A DNA stretch of 64,000 nt, from the NCBI RefSeq assembly GCF_004010195.1, contig NC_057719.1, positions 70,514,181 through 70,578,180 of the forward strand. The letters are read 5' to 3'. Shown piece by piece: positions 52,597-64,000 of the stretch. Position 1 is the stretch's first letter; the number at the start of each line of letters is the position of its first letter. The notes beneath the pieces are model-generated. The model made no database searches. It saw only the letters and a list, made by a program, of their open reading frames with translations, and was not told the origin of the DNA. The DNA is from Chiloscyllium plagiosum (taxonomy: Eukaryota). The position numbers and the translations under genes were made by a program.

Positions 52597-52853
52597 ATAG
52601 AATCCTGCCAGCAGGCCATTCAGTCCATTCGAAGAGCATCCCATTCAGACCCAATGACCCCCATCCCCGTAACCCTGTATTTTTACTACAGCTCGCCCAC
52701 CTAACCTGCACAGCTTTGGACTGTGGGGGGAAACCCACTCAGACTCAGAGAGAATGTGCAAACTACACGTAAACAGTTGCTCGAGGGTCGAATCGAAGCC
52801 GTGTCCCTGGTGCTATGAGGCAGCAGTACTGACCACTGAGTCACCCTCCTGCC
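52597..52853 (-). mobile_element. HE1-type V-SINE
   Basis: Minus strand GGCAGGAGGGTGACTCAGTGGTCAG...GCTTCGATTC...TGTAGTTTGCACATTCTC. Confidence 0.85.
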
Positions 52854-52934
52854 CTCAACATGTAAATGGGGAAAACGCAAAAAAAATCTGTGATTAAGTG
52901 GAAGGCAGTAGACGGTAATCTTACTTAACAAATG

Positions 52935-53145
52935 ATGGCATAATTTAGCCGCAGTCTTACCAGATCATGTGGCTGCTGTCTCATTAGATAGAAATGATTG
53001 GTGGTGGTTTAACTTGAATCACCACACTTCAAGCAAGGGGAGAGGTTGAGAAGGAGAGTTCTTCTTGGTAATCTTCTTGGAAATTCAACCAATACTGTTG
53101 GTGTCACTCTGTATTGCAAACCAGCCATCCAAGCTAACCAGCCCC
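52935..53145 (-). mobile_element. tRNA-derived SINE (another family)
   Basis: Minus strand GGGGCTGGTTAGCTTGGATGG...GGTTGAATTTCC (A/B-box-like). Confidence 0.6.
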
Positions 53146-53314
53146 GTACAATTGAAAAATGTGTGTTCGACAGCCACAGCATGTATGAATGGCTGCAGCC
53201 AATAGCTGTTGTGAAAATGTTTTCTTTCTTGTCTTTCATGAATTTGTATCATTGTTTATTACATATCCTTATTACAGACTGTAACACTTACTGACTGTGG
53301 TCATACACTATTAG

Positions 53315-53790
53315 ATCAGATTTATCTCATGCTGTCACTTGTCCCTAGGTACAGCGAAAAGTAAATGATGTCGCTCCATTCCTGCACCATCTTGGATTAC
53401 ACAGTAAATTATTGAATAAATTTTATAAATGGGAAAGTGCAGAATAAAACAATAGTAAATTGATATTAGTTAAACAGAAATAGCTTCAAATGTTCATCTT
53501 TCCTCCTCCGTAAACTTCACCCTCTCTGCTCCTCCAGACATCGACATTGTCCCTGGGGTCCTGGCATTGTGCACCTTCTCTGCTGCTAGAGGCACCACCA
53601 CTCCCTTGCCTGCTGCCTCTGAGCTGCAGATGGTGATGCTGCACCTCCTCCAACACTGGACATCGACTGACGGGTCCGGGCTCTGAGGCGACCGATGGGG
53701 TCCTGACTTGTCTTCCAATGCCGCCACCCGCGATGGAGTGGGGATGGGCAGACACAGAGCCCCGGCCTCCTGCAGGACAACATCATGATG
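53315..53790 (-). mobile_element. GC-rich non-autonomous retroposon related to 14880-15685
   Basis: Minus tail AAGATGGTGC...ttttcgctgtacctagggacaagtgacagc. Confidence 0.5.
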
Positions 53791-53974
53791 AGGGCCCGGT
53801 GCAACTGAATAAATAAAAACCATTACTGAGCTGGAAAGACAACGATGAAGCCATATGGATGTGGCAGGACATGCTGCATGAACCATGAGCAGCCGAGCCC
53901 CACGTTTAGGAGTCAAACGCTGCTGAATTCGCTGATGCCATTTTTTACATGCTGATGTCACATTATCTTTAATA

Positions 53975-54296
53975 TGGTCAGGAGTCACACGACACCAGGT
54001 TATAGTGTTCAGGGATGTGTAGGTTATGTGCATTAGTCTGGGGTAAATGTAGAGTAATAGGGTAGGGGAATGGGTCTGGGTGGGTTACTCTACTCTTCAG
54101 AGGGTCAGTATGGACTTGTTGGGACAAATTGCCTGTTTCCACACTGTAGGGATTCTATGATTCTATAGTCTTTCATCAGGTGACATCATTGCTCTGAAAG
54201 CTTGTGATTTCAAATAAACTTGTTGGATTATAACCTGGTGTCGTATGACTTCTGACCTTGTCCACCCCAGTCCAACACTGGCACCTCCACTTCATA
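53975..54296. mobile_element. Fold-back PLE family-B-like remnant with a nested HE1 3' fragment (about 54003-54163)
   Basis: ggtcaggagtcacacgacaccaggttatagt is the reverse complement of ataacctggtgtcgtatgacttctgacc; HHR halves ttcatcaggtga and gctctgaaagcttgtg at 54172-54206. Confidence 0.75.
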
Positions 54297-55345
54297 TCCT
54301 GTAATATTGTTACAGGATTGTTGGGAGCTAAAGGAATGGGTCCAAACAAGCAGTCAATGATGCAGTATTGGAATCTCATAAAACTCTGCTGCTCCAGCTT
54401 GTCATCTCAGCTGGGCTCTATGTAAGTGGGTGGTTGGTAAATCAAAGCTGAATTGAATAAGTAGACACATTGCAGCTGATTCCTACATAGTTCTTAGTTG
54501 GTGTCTGAAAAATACTAGCATAAACATGGTGGATTGGGAATGCTTTGCAGATGGTTGACTGTCTCTATAGTTTATTATAAACAAATGGCTAAACTCCATC
54601 ATGTACCCACACTGAATTGCTAGAAGGCCATAGTATGATCTTTTACATTTTCTCCCTGGAATATATTGTGAAGCTTTATTGTCCTCTGCTCATTTAAACT
54701 GTCCTGTTTGGCTGTTTATATTGCTGAAATCATGCTAACTGCTGTATCTTTCATATGGAGTTGAAAATCGCAACTTTCTATTCACTTCTGCACTTTCGAA
54801 ACTTTCAAATCTTGTCCTTTCTTAGATAAATTCATTTGGGGACTTGACGGTGTGAAATGGAATTAATCTTCCTATTTATCTTACCCTTAGCAAAGATTGC
54901 AAGTGTCTCCTGAATTCCCTTTAACAAAGATTAATGGCCTCAACAAACATTTTAGGATGGGAACAAGAGTCTGAATAGAGAGTACAAGAGACAATAATGT
55001 TAACACCTTCCATCTGTTTTATTCACATCTCCCTTTCTGGCATTTTTGTCATTGTGTCAGACAAATTCGACAAGAATATGGGGGAAAGAAACAATATTTA
55101 TCTGCAAAAAAGCCACTTGTGCATGATTCTCCCCACACCCTTCATCATATAATTGAACTTGCAAGGGTAGTACTGGGGCGGAGCTGCGAATTGGAACTTT
55201 CCAACATTGGGACCTCTCACATTCCCACCTCAGTTAAATCTGACATGGAACGGAGACAGTTATACTGATGCCAATGATGCATTGTGGTGGGCTCCTTATA
55301 CTGGGGACAACACGGAGCTCAAGTGTCTGGGGTTAGTCAAGTGAT

Positions 55346-56096
55346 TGTAATGAGGTTAGCCAGGCAGACTTCCTAGAATATGAATTTCCTGATTGCAGCT
55401 GTCAATCTGGCCCAATCAGGGAGCCCTGGTTGACAGATACAAACAGAAGTGTCAAAGGTTCCAGTTGCCGTACTTCAGAAAGGATATTATTCAACTAGAA
55501 AGAGTGCAAAAAAGATTTACTAGGATGCTACCTCAACTGGAAGGTTTGTGATAAAAGGAGAGGTTGGATAGGCTGGGACTCTTTTGCCCTGGAGAGTGGG
55601 AGACTGAAGGGTGTCCTTATCGAAGTATATTGAATCATAGGAGGCATCGATAAGCCAGATGGTGGACAGCTTTTCCCCATGGTAGGGGAGTCTAAAACTA
55701 GAGGAAGTAGGTTTATAGTAAGAGGGGAGAGATGCCAAAGGGTCCAGAGATGCATTTTTTTCACAGACAGGGTGATATGTGAATGGAATGGGCTGCCAGA
55801 GTTAGTGGAAGAAGCAAGTAAAATTTTGTATTTAAGGAAAACTTTAGACAGGCACATGGATAGGATAGGTATGGGGGGATATAGACTAAATGAAGCAAAT
55901 AGGACTAGTGTAAATTGTAAAAACTGGGTGGTGTGGAAAAGTTAGTCTGAAGAGACTGTTTTCATGCATAGATCTCTATGACCCTGATGTTCTGATGCCT
56001 CTGAGAGTTGGCTCTGAGTAAGCTGGATTAGTGTCAGGGACTTTCCACATGTAAATAAAGGGTGACTTGGATACCAGCCTCTGTAGTGTTATTTCA
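55346..56096 (+). mobile_element. Solo LTR split by a CR1 3' fragment (about 55465-55985)
   Basis: TGTAAT...TTTCA termini, CCAAT, TATA-like GATACAAA, AATAAA at about 56054; the insert encodes KTRGSRF...FFTDRVICEWNGLP. Confidence 0.65.
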
Positions 56097-57949
56097 GATA
56101 GGGTCTACGCCATTATTACTATGGTGAGCAAACCTGAAGTCTTCAGTTGCAAGGACATATGCTACTTAAGGCATATCCATTGTGATGGGCCACTCACAGT
56201 GCCTCATGCAAATTAGATGACCATCAAATGATCCTGCCATCCACTCCACTGCTAGAGGATATAATCCCTGTGTAACGGCAGGATTGTGGTCTGTGAAACC
56301 TTCAGTCATTTTTTTTCCTGTATGTTTCTCATTGTGGTATCCACAGAAAAGGTTCTGGCAGAACCACAAGCCATTCATGCGCCCAATTTGGTTTGCAGTT
56401 GTTCATCCTTCTGCTAGGCACTTTTGTGTTCTTTATTGCATCATAAATCTTCTTGTCAGTTCTTCACAGTCATACAATTGTTCCATAAGGTGCAAGCATT
56501 CCTTCAGCAAGATTCGCCATCTATCATAACCAGTGCAACCACACATTTCAACAGCACCACCACACTGCAGACAAGCACAGATAAACAGCTGCAGGGTCTT
56601 TCACTGCAGGGTTTTGGCAAGATGACAGGTGTAGAATGTAAAATATTTCTTCATGATTAGATTTTAGAGCGACATGAGATCTCTCTTGCCCAAGCTATAA
56701 TTGTGAATTGTAATCCTAGACTTTCTGATCTATATTTCTCAGTTTAGATATCTGCAGTGCAATTTTAACTAGGAGCTCCCAGTGATTTTTTAACTCCAAA
56801 TAACTGATAAGTAACACGTATCACTTAACTGTCGTTGTTCAAACTTTTTCCTAAACAGCTAATTTTGAGAAAACAAAATAGCCAAAGTTTTAAAATCCAA
56901 TTTCTATTTGTTGATCTCATAAAGTATGCAATATTAGGTAAAGGAATATTGAAGGGACAAATTTATCCCCTTACATAAAGTTAAAATAACGACAGCTCTC
57001 CACTCCTGGATTCATCTCTGACAGACATTCTTGAATTCATCGGTTCAAGAATGCTTCTCCACATGAGGTGAGAGCCTCATTAAAATATAAACATATCTTT
57101 TAGATGCTAACATCACTTTTAAAATTTGGTGCCAGCCACGTCAAGGACACAACAGTAGTTTTTTTTAAAAATAGACCTGGGAGAAAGCTGCAAATTTAGA
57201 TGAACTTAAAATGTTTTAAAAACAGCTTCCTTTCCTATCGACCGGAACAGAATCACTTGCCTCCCTCCAACCAAGATTTCACGTGGTTCAGATTTGGTCC
57301 ACTTCCCTAATTGTAGGAGAATGTACCCTTTGGTTCCTGGTAATGGTTTCTTGCCTCACCTCCTCATTCTTGTTTGTAACTCGCCATATTATTACACCAG
57401 ATTCAAGTAGAGCCTGGTCCTAGGCTGTTACCACAGCTTAGACATCAAGTTAATGAGTCTGGAAAAGCATGTTGTTCACTCAGTCAGCCCACCTCTACCT
57501 TTCAGCTTGTATTAAGCCATGAACCTATTGAATAGCAGAGCAACACAAGGGGCCGAACAGCCTACTCAGACTCCTTTTTCATTTGGTTAAAATCATCACT
57601 CCAGTGACTTATTCACAATTATGATTCTTGAGATTAAATCTTTTATTGATAAAGCTTGCTTTCACTCTCCCTTTATGCATAGTGTAATACTCTAGGACAA
57701 ATCTGTAAGTTGACATTATCTTGAAAAGACAGCTGAACTGCCTTGCAAGATGAAAGGCAGACTAAACTAGCACAGACTTCTCTGCAACGCACTACTGCAA
57801 TAGCTGAGTTTTAATTCAATTGGCTATGGACAATGCACTCAGAACATCGTTACAATTTCTAAATACAATTTATAAACCTTGTCTATTTCAACAACAATTG
57901 TTGGCTCTGCTGATCCAGCAACTGGTTATGACCTAGATACTGTCCTTTG

Positions 57950-58420
57950 TAAGTGAGTGTGGGAGCTCCAAATAGTTTGTTTCTTCCCCAGTGCGTGATT
58001 TAATTTAAAAGAAAATCATGAAGAAGAACTTAAGGGATCCAATTGTTTTGGTCCACAAAGGAAGAAATAACAACACAGGTAGATTGAGACTCTGCAAAAG
58101 GATTTGAAGAAATTAGGATTAAAATTAAAAATTAGAACCTCAAAAGTAATAATCTCTTTATCATTACCTGAGCCACATGCAGATTAGCATCAGATGAAGT
58201 CGCTCAGTGAGTTGAAAGGTTGTTGTGGAAGGTGGAGGTTAATGGAGCACTGGCATGAATGCTGGAGTAAGGTGAGCTGTTCCACTCGGACAAGTTCTCC
58301 TTATTTTATGTTCGGAGTAATATTCTGGTGAATCAATTCACCAGGACAGAAGATAAGGTTTTGAATTGAAATATTGGAAAACGTTCAAGAGAGACGAACT
58401 TTATAAATCTGCAGAGAAAA
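57950..58420 (+). mobile_element. Old CR1 ORF1 (esterase) fragment
   Basis: GFEEIRIK...RTSKVIISLSLPEPHAD-like segment. Confidence 0.55.
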
Positions 58421-58789
58421 TTTAAGATCATAGAGCAGTGTAATGATTTGGTAAAAATAAGCAGAATGTGACAGCCACAGTCAAAGGAGATAAATTATAA
58501 TATGCTTCAATGAGTAAAGTCAAATCTTGGAAATGATAAATACATTTAAAATTTAAGGAGCTTTATGTAAAAGCTTGATGCATTCATAAAGGAAATAATT
58601 AAAGGCACAAACAAAGATAAATTATTGAATAAAATAGCTATTATAAAGACAAGGTGGCATCGTGAGCAATGAAATATTCTGATGTATCTTGAAAATCTCA
58701 ATAGAAAGAAGAAAAAACACAATTGAAGCAGCGATTAGAGGAACAGTCTGTTTTTGACTGGGAATAGTAATAACAGAGGGAATATTTTA

Positions 58790-59800
58790 CCTAAGAACAA
58801 ACTTTGATAAATATCATGAAGTGAATATGGATATTTACATATGGTTCATTGACTATGAAAAATGTGTGATCATGTTTATTACCAAAATTCTCTAGGTGTG
58901 TTAGTGAAATGGTGTAGGCTGTCAGGATGTGAGACTTATCCAAAGCCTTTGTTATGACCAAACAATGAGCATCAGGCTAAAAAAAGGAGTTTGAAATAAA
59001 GAGATGAGTATGACAAGTCTTTGAATAATTTTGGTGACAATACAATCTTTATACAGGATAAATATTCCAAAATTAGATGTACTTTTAGATATAAAAAATT
59101 GAGGCAAGTATTTAACGAGCATCTGGTACACTGACAAAACACCTTTACTTCCAGAATCAGTAAAGACTCTAGAAAATAATCATAGAGCAAATAAAATCTA
59201 AGTGTTGAATATGGATTGAATAGGAATAACAAAAGAAAAGTAGCTAGAATATATTAGAAAAAACTAGAGTGCTTTTTAGTGGATGGTGTCATACTGGAAC
59301 TGGTAGATAGGTCTATTTAGGACAAATTAAAATAAAGGATGCCAATGTGTTGCAGAACTTAGAAGAATGATAGAGACAGCCTGAAGTAATTTTATAAAGT
59401 GGGAGGATGTTTGAAAAGCAAGACAGCTTAAATTTGTAACAAGGAAAAACCTCAAGATGCTACAATTTGTCTGTTTTCATATAAGCACCAGAAATTTGGA
59501 TAATAAATAATGGTCAATGAAAGAACGTAGAGGCCTTTGAGATATGAATGTTAAGACAGATACTATGTATAGGCCAATGAAGATATATTTGAAATTGTGA
59601 AAATAACTCAGAAAAGACCATGTCAGTATTTTAGCCATTTGAAAAGTGTTGAAAAGCTGCATAATCTCATTTGAGAGAGAAGCAGATGACAGTAGAAGTT
59701 AATCTAAATGTAGTTGGATGATGGTTGTTGCAGATAAACTGCAAAGGATGCATGAGAATGGTGCAAGACCAATGTGTGATAGCATGACAGGAGATTCTCT
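58790..59800 (+). mobile_element. Old RTE-type LINE fossil
   Basis: NMDIYIWFIDYEK (RT motif); AFEI...RQIL-like C-terminal segment. Confidence 0.6.
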
Positions 59801-60304
59801 ATAGGAGAAGCTAAGAGCAGCTGCAACACATAATGTTTTGGAGAGATTAACAAAATAGAAACTTGGAGACTGAGAGCCCCACCACTGGAGGTGGGACCTG
59901 CAGTTTTGCGCATGAAGACAGTTATAGATAAGTTGTTTCTACTTTTAAAAAATGCACAATGGATGAGACATGGTGCTGAAAGGGAAGGTCCTGCAGGGAA
60001 CAGGCAGTGTTGGCTGAAGGTGCTAATTGCAATGTTGACCTCTATGTGCTCTGGACTGTCATGAGCTGGTTGTATTGCTGACTGGAAATTTCTAATTAGG
60101 CCCCTAATAGACCACTTAACTGTAATTGGCCTCTATTGGTCTCCTACCATTTGCTAACAGTGAGAGTTGGGATTATGACAGCAAATTAAATTCAACAAAG
60201 TTTACCTCCAATTTGTATCCCAACTCTTTCAAAAGACCAGTTTTTGGTCTCCAGACCAAAGGCAAGATATACTTATATTGGAGAGGAGACAGTGAAATTC
60301 CATG

Positions 60305-60650
60305 CATTTATTTTTATTCGTTCATTCACAAGATATGGGTGTCACTAGTAGGCCAGCATTTATTGCCCATCCCTAATTGCCCGCAGAGCAGCGAGAACTC
60401 AACCACATCTCCATGGATTTGGAGTCACATGTAGAACAGACCAGGATGGCTGATTTCATTAGTGAACCAGATGGAATTTTCCAACAAATGACAATGGATT
60501 CATAGTTATCATTGGACTCTTAATTCCAGATTCTTATTGGACTCAAATTCCACCATCTGCCAAGGCAGGATTCAAACACAGGTCCCTAAATCATTACTGG
60601 GTCTCCGGATTAATAGTCTAGTGATTAAACCACTAGGCCATTGCCTCCCC
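60305..60650 (-). mobile_element. tRNA-derived SINE, near full length (related copies at about 9212-9300, 18300-18460, 42250-42500 and 61840-62095)
   Basis: Minus strand GGGGAGGCAATGGCCTAGTGG...GTTTGAATCC; tail shared with the LINE at 4810-5562. Confidence 0.8.
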
Positions 60651-60659
60651 AAATTAAAT

Positions 60660-61300
60660 AGAATGGGCCTAAACCTCTGGTGTTTTGGAGTGGGGGAGAT
60701 GATCTCATTGAAGCCTTAAGTTTCTCAACCAGCTCCACAGAGTAGATGTTAGAAGGTTATTTCCACTGATTGTAGAATCAAGAAAATGGGGGCTTAGGAG
60801 TTGATTGTTTACAATTAAGGTGAAGAGAAATTATTTTCACTAAAAATTTAAGAATCTTTGGAATTCATCAATGCAAAGGGTTATGGATGATCAGTTAGAA
60901 ATTATATTTGAAGCTGAGATTGATGGATTTTTGAACTTCATGGATTTCACTGTAATGGAGATACTAAATGATGGAGGTGCTGGCCCAAGTGTTCATCTTG
61001 TGTTCCTTTATACTAAAATAGAGACTGTACGATGCAGCAATTTCTGGTCTCAGATGAAGTACTTTTTTCAAAAGTTAGCATTATCTTTTAAGAAGGCAGT
61101 GAAGGATTGAGGTGGTACAAAAAAGACTTCCTGGAATGATTCCAAGTATGAATGTCTTCAGTTATATAGCAAGACTGAGCAAATTTGCATTTTCCTTCTG
61201 AGAGTAGAACAGATTCAGGAGAGATTTAAGTTTACAAAATTGAGAGGGTTAATAGAACAAATAGGGAGAAACTATTTCCACTGACAGCCAGCTGGGGGAG
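60660..61300 (+). mobile_element. Old CR1 3' fragments
   Basis: ggagatgatctcattgaagcct; IFEAEIDGFL; gggagaaactatttccactg. Confidence 0.6.
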
Positions 61301-63684
61301 GGAGGGAATTATAAAAATGCAATTAATTGTTACGATCTGCAGCAGACTGACTACAATAGCGACGGGGAAAAAATACAGTTGTAAATTTTAATTGAGAATT
61401 TGACGAATACTTGATGCATATTTGATGAATACCAGAGCAAGGGGGAAAGAGCAGAGGAGTGGGACTACCAAATAATTCTTTCGCAGTAGACATAACGGGA
61501 TGAATGTCTTATTTATTGGAAGCATATAATTATATGATTTTATCATCTTTGTGTGAACAAATGACAGAAGGTCAATACTCCAGTTTGGAGAGAAGTAGGA
61601 CTGCCTGGGGGAAATATGGTAGGATCTACATATCACATCAGAACTACAGTCAATTTTTATTTATGGGTTATAACCTTTAATTCTAATTTTGCAAATCATT
61701 AGCTGGAGGTTAATTATTAAAATTAATTGTGTGTTATGATTAGTCTATCAGATATCCCCTTTAATATCTGCGAGACAGGGCATTGTAGCTGAAGGACTGT
61801 GGCCGGAATCAGTTTGTCATGCAATATGTAAGGATAGTTGATATAGTGGTAATGGCAATGGGCAAGTAATCCAGTCCTGGTAGTAGTCTCTCAATTATCA
61901 TGGAAACACATCCAGTTTACTACTGTCTTTTAGGGAATGAAATTTACTGGCCTACTGTGACTCCAGTGACCCCACAGCAATGTGGCTGATGCTTAATTAT
62001 TCTCTGAAATGTAGTAGCAAGCCATTCAGTTCAAAGGAATGTGTAACAAATGCTGTCCCTATTGGTAATGCCCGCTCCCACGAAAGAACAAAAATGTGGT
62101 ACAGAGGGATATGACCAGCTCCATTTATTATCTTCCAGTCACCACCAGTGCTCAACCTCCCCACCCAACTCCACACTTTTCTGAAGTATTCTGAATTACA
62201 AATCCTCAATTTGTTTATTTAGCCACAATTCAGTTTGCATAAAAAATTAAGCCGAGTAGATCACTTGCCCCTCATGATTCGTCAGTAAATGCTATTATGC
62301 AGATTTTTTTTCTATTTTTATTGACTGCATCACATTTTTGTTTCAATGGAGAAATTTAGGTAGAGAGGATTGCAATGCTCTTGTTATCAGTATGAAACAC
62401 CTGCAAAGCAGGAATTAGTGGACTGCTATGAGCTATAGGGAAACCGTGACAGCCATCCCTGAGGAAAGTACAGTGTCTGTCACTAACTCAACAGAAATCC
62501 ATTTCATTTAATAAGTATTGTGTCCCAAAGAGAATTTCTTTTCAGGTCACCTTCCATCATAAACACTCCTCTGGGCCTGACGTGCCAACTGATAGCACTC
62601 TTTGATATTGGAAACGTTGGCCTTCTGTCCAGTGCCCTGTAAAATAACCTATTTTGATAAAGAATTAACTGCACATGATGAAGGCAGTTTTGAGTGATTT
62701 GGAGCCTTAACTAGGACTTGCAGCTAGCAGCCAAATGCTGATGTTGATATTATATTTATGAACTGGCGATTTCAACAAAAATATGTTGCAACAAAAAACA
62801 TGCAGCTGATTAGAAGTGTGCTGTGTGCTTATTAAGTGTTTCCATACATGGGATACTGAGAGAAAACTAAATGACTTCTGATCAACTTCACCCAGCAGCT
62901 TTGCATTGTATATGTCCTTTTTCTGTACAACCCATCTTGAGACAACAGTAAATGTTCTCATATGGATACAAAGGGATAGAACCTATTTTTCAATCAGACT
63001 ATGATGAGCTTCCTCCTGCATTTTAGTGCAACAGTTGTAGTTTGTGCTGATTTTCGCTTTGATTGATGTCACACTTTGTTTTTTTTGGCTGTCATTGTAT
63101 TTCATGAGCTACATTTTGGAATTAACCTTAATGAATTATTTACATAAAATGCATGGTGTAAGAAAATCACAATAAAGGAAAATAATAGGTCTATTAAAAA
63201 TTGTTTTAGTTCCTCTGTTTCTCTCGGAGCTGTAATAAACATGTGCTATGCGTTGCAAAGTGTAACATTCCCAAATGTTCAACTTTGCCAGTAAAATTCT
63301 AAAACTGAACTTTTATTTCACAGCCAATAAAAGAAAAAGTATACACTAATCATTTTTCCAGCCAGACATTGAGATTTAATTTGGAGAGCTTAGAGTCCAA
63401 CCGAAATATACTTCATACTTAACAATGGAGTTGATTTTAGCAACTGTCCAATGCATCTGCCTTGTTTGATTTTATTAATATTATCAGTTTGAAATTTAAA
63501 AAACCTTAAATAGATGAGTGTGGCCATTGTTTATTTGCTTAATTTATTATTTACTACTTCAGCCAACAAAAAATAACTGCGTAGATATCTAGATAGATAT
63601 TTGGATAAATACATTTTGCACACTGTGACTTGCCCTAGTCATGTGATATCTGATATAAAATAAGCGAAGGAATGTGGAGGCCGG

Positions 63685-63772
63685 AGATCTGAAGTTAAAA
63701 ATGACAGAAATTCCTGGAATATCTCAGCAGAACTGGCAGCACCTGTGAAGAGGAAACAGAATGAACATTTCC
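63685..63772 (-). mobile_element. PLE family-C tail remnant
   Basis: acagaaattcctggaatatctcagcagaactggcagcacctgtgaagaggaaacaga resembles 13986-14044 and 7500-7555. Confidence 0.6.
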
Positions 63773-64000
63773 CTTAACCCATCTAAATCTGAGGTTTTTT
63801 ATATATATATAAAGTGTGCGTATTGAAAAGCTTTCCTCTTATCCTATGGCGTCTTTCTTTCACTATAATTTCACATAGAGGGCTGAATTTTACTTGCTTG
63901 AGGTTAAGTGCTAGTTGTATTATGTTTATTGGAGAGTTTTCTGCCATGAGGCCTAGTTAGATTTCTCACAATGTCTACTATCTTACCAAAGGCACCTCAT

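Noticed and set aside
53494..54033. 179-aa minus-strand ORF
   Set aside because: Crosses the boundaries of a SINE, a PLE remnant and a GC-rich retroposon; no recognisable domain

Overview
Repeat-dense vertebrate DNA with no confidently identifiable host gene. HE1-type V-SINEs, HER1/CR1-type LINEs and the repeat mix suggest a shark (inference). There is one 400-N assembly gap at 1378-1777. The dominant theme is Penelope-like retroelements (PLEs, Neptune type). A young, nearly intact copy (about 541-3157) has an N-terminal motif, an RT with YIDD, a Cys-rich linker and a GIY-YIG endonuclease. At least three PLE families leave about 14 minimal type-I hammerhead-ribozyme (HHR) cores across the window, most inside short fold-back (inverted-arm) insertions. 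Two details stand out: a miniature double-HHR fold-back at 51.5 kb whose junction is built from reiterated GCTCCTTCA copies, and a cluster of CpG-decayed ETS/CRE motifs inside the PLE ORF linker. Also present: many CR1 fragments (one 3.3 kb copy with ORF1 esterase, EN and RT), RTE fossils, Harbinger transposase and Myb/SANT fossils, LTR remnants and several SINE families. All family assignments come from motif recognition by eye, not database searches, and repeat boundaries are approximate.
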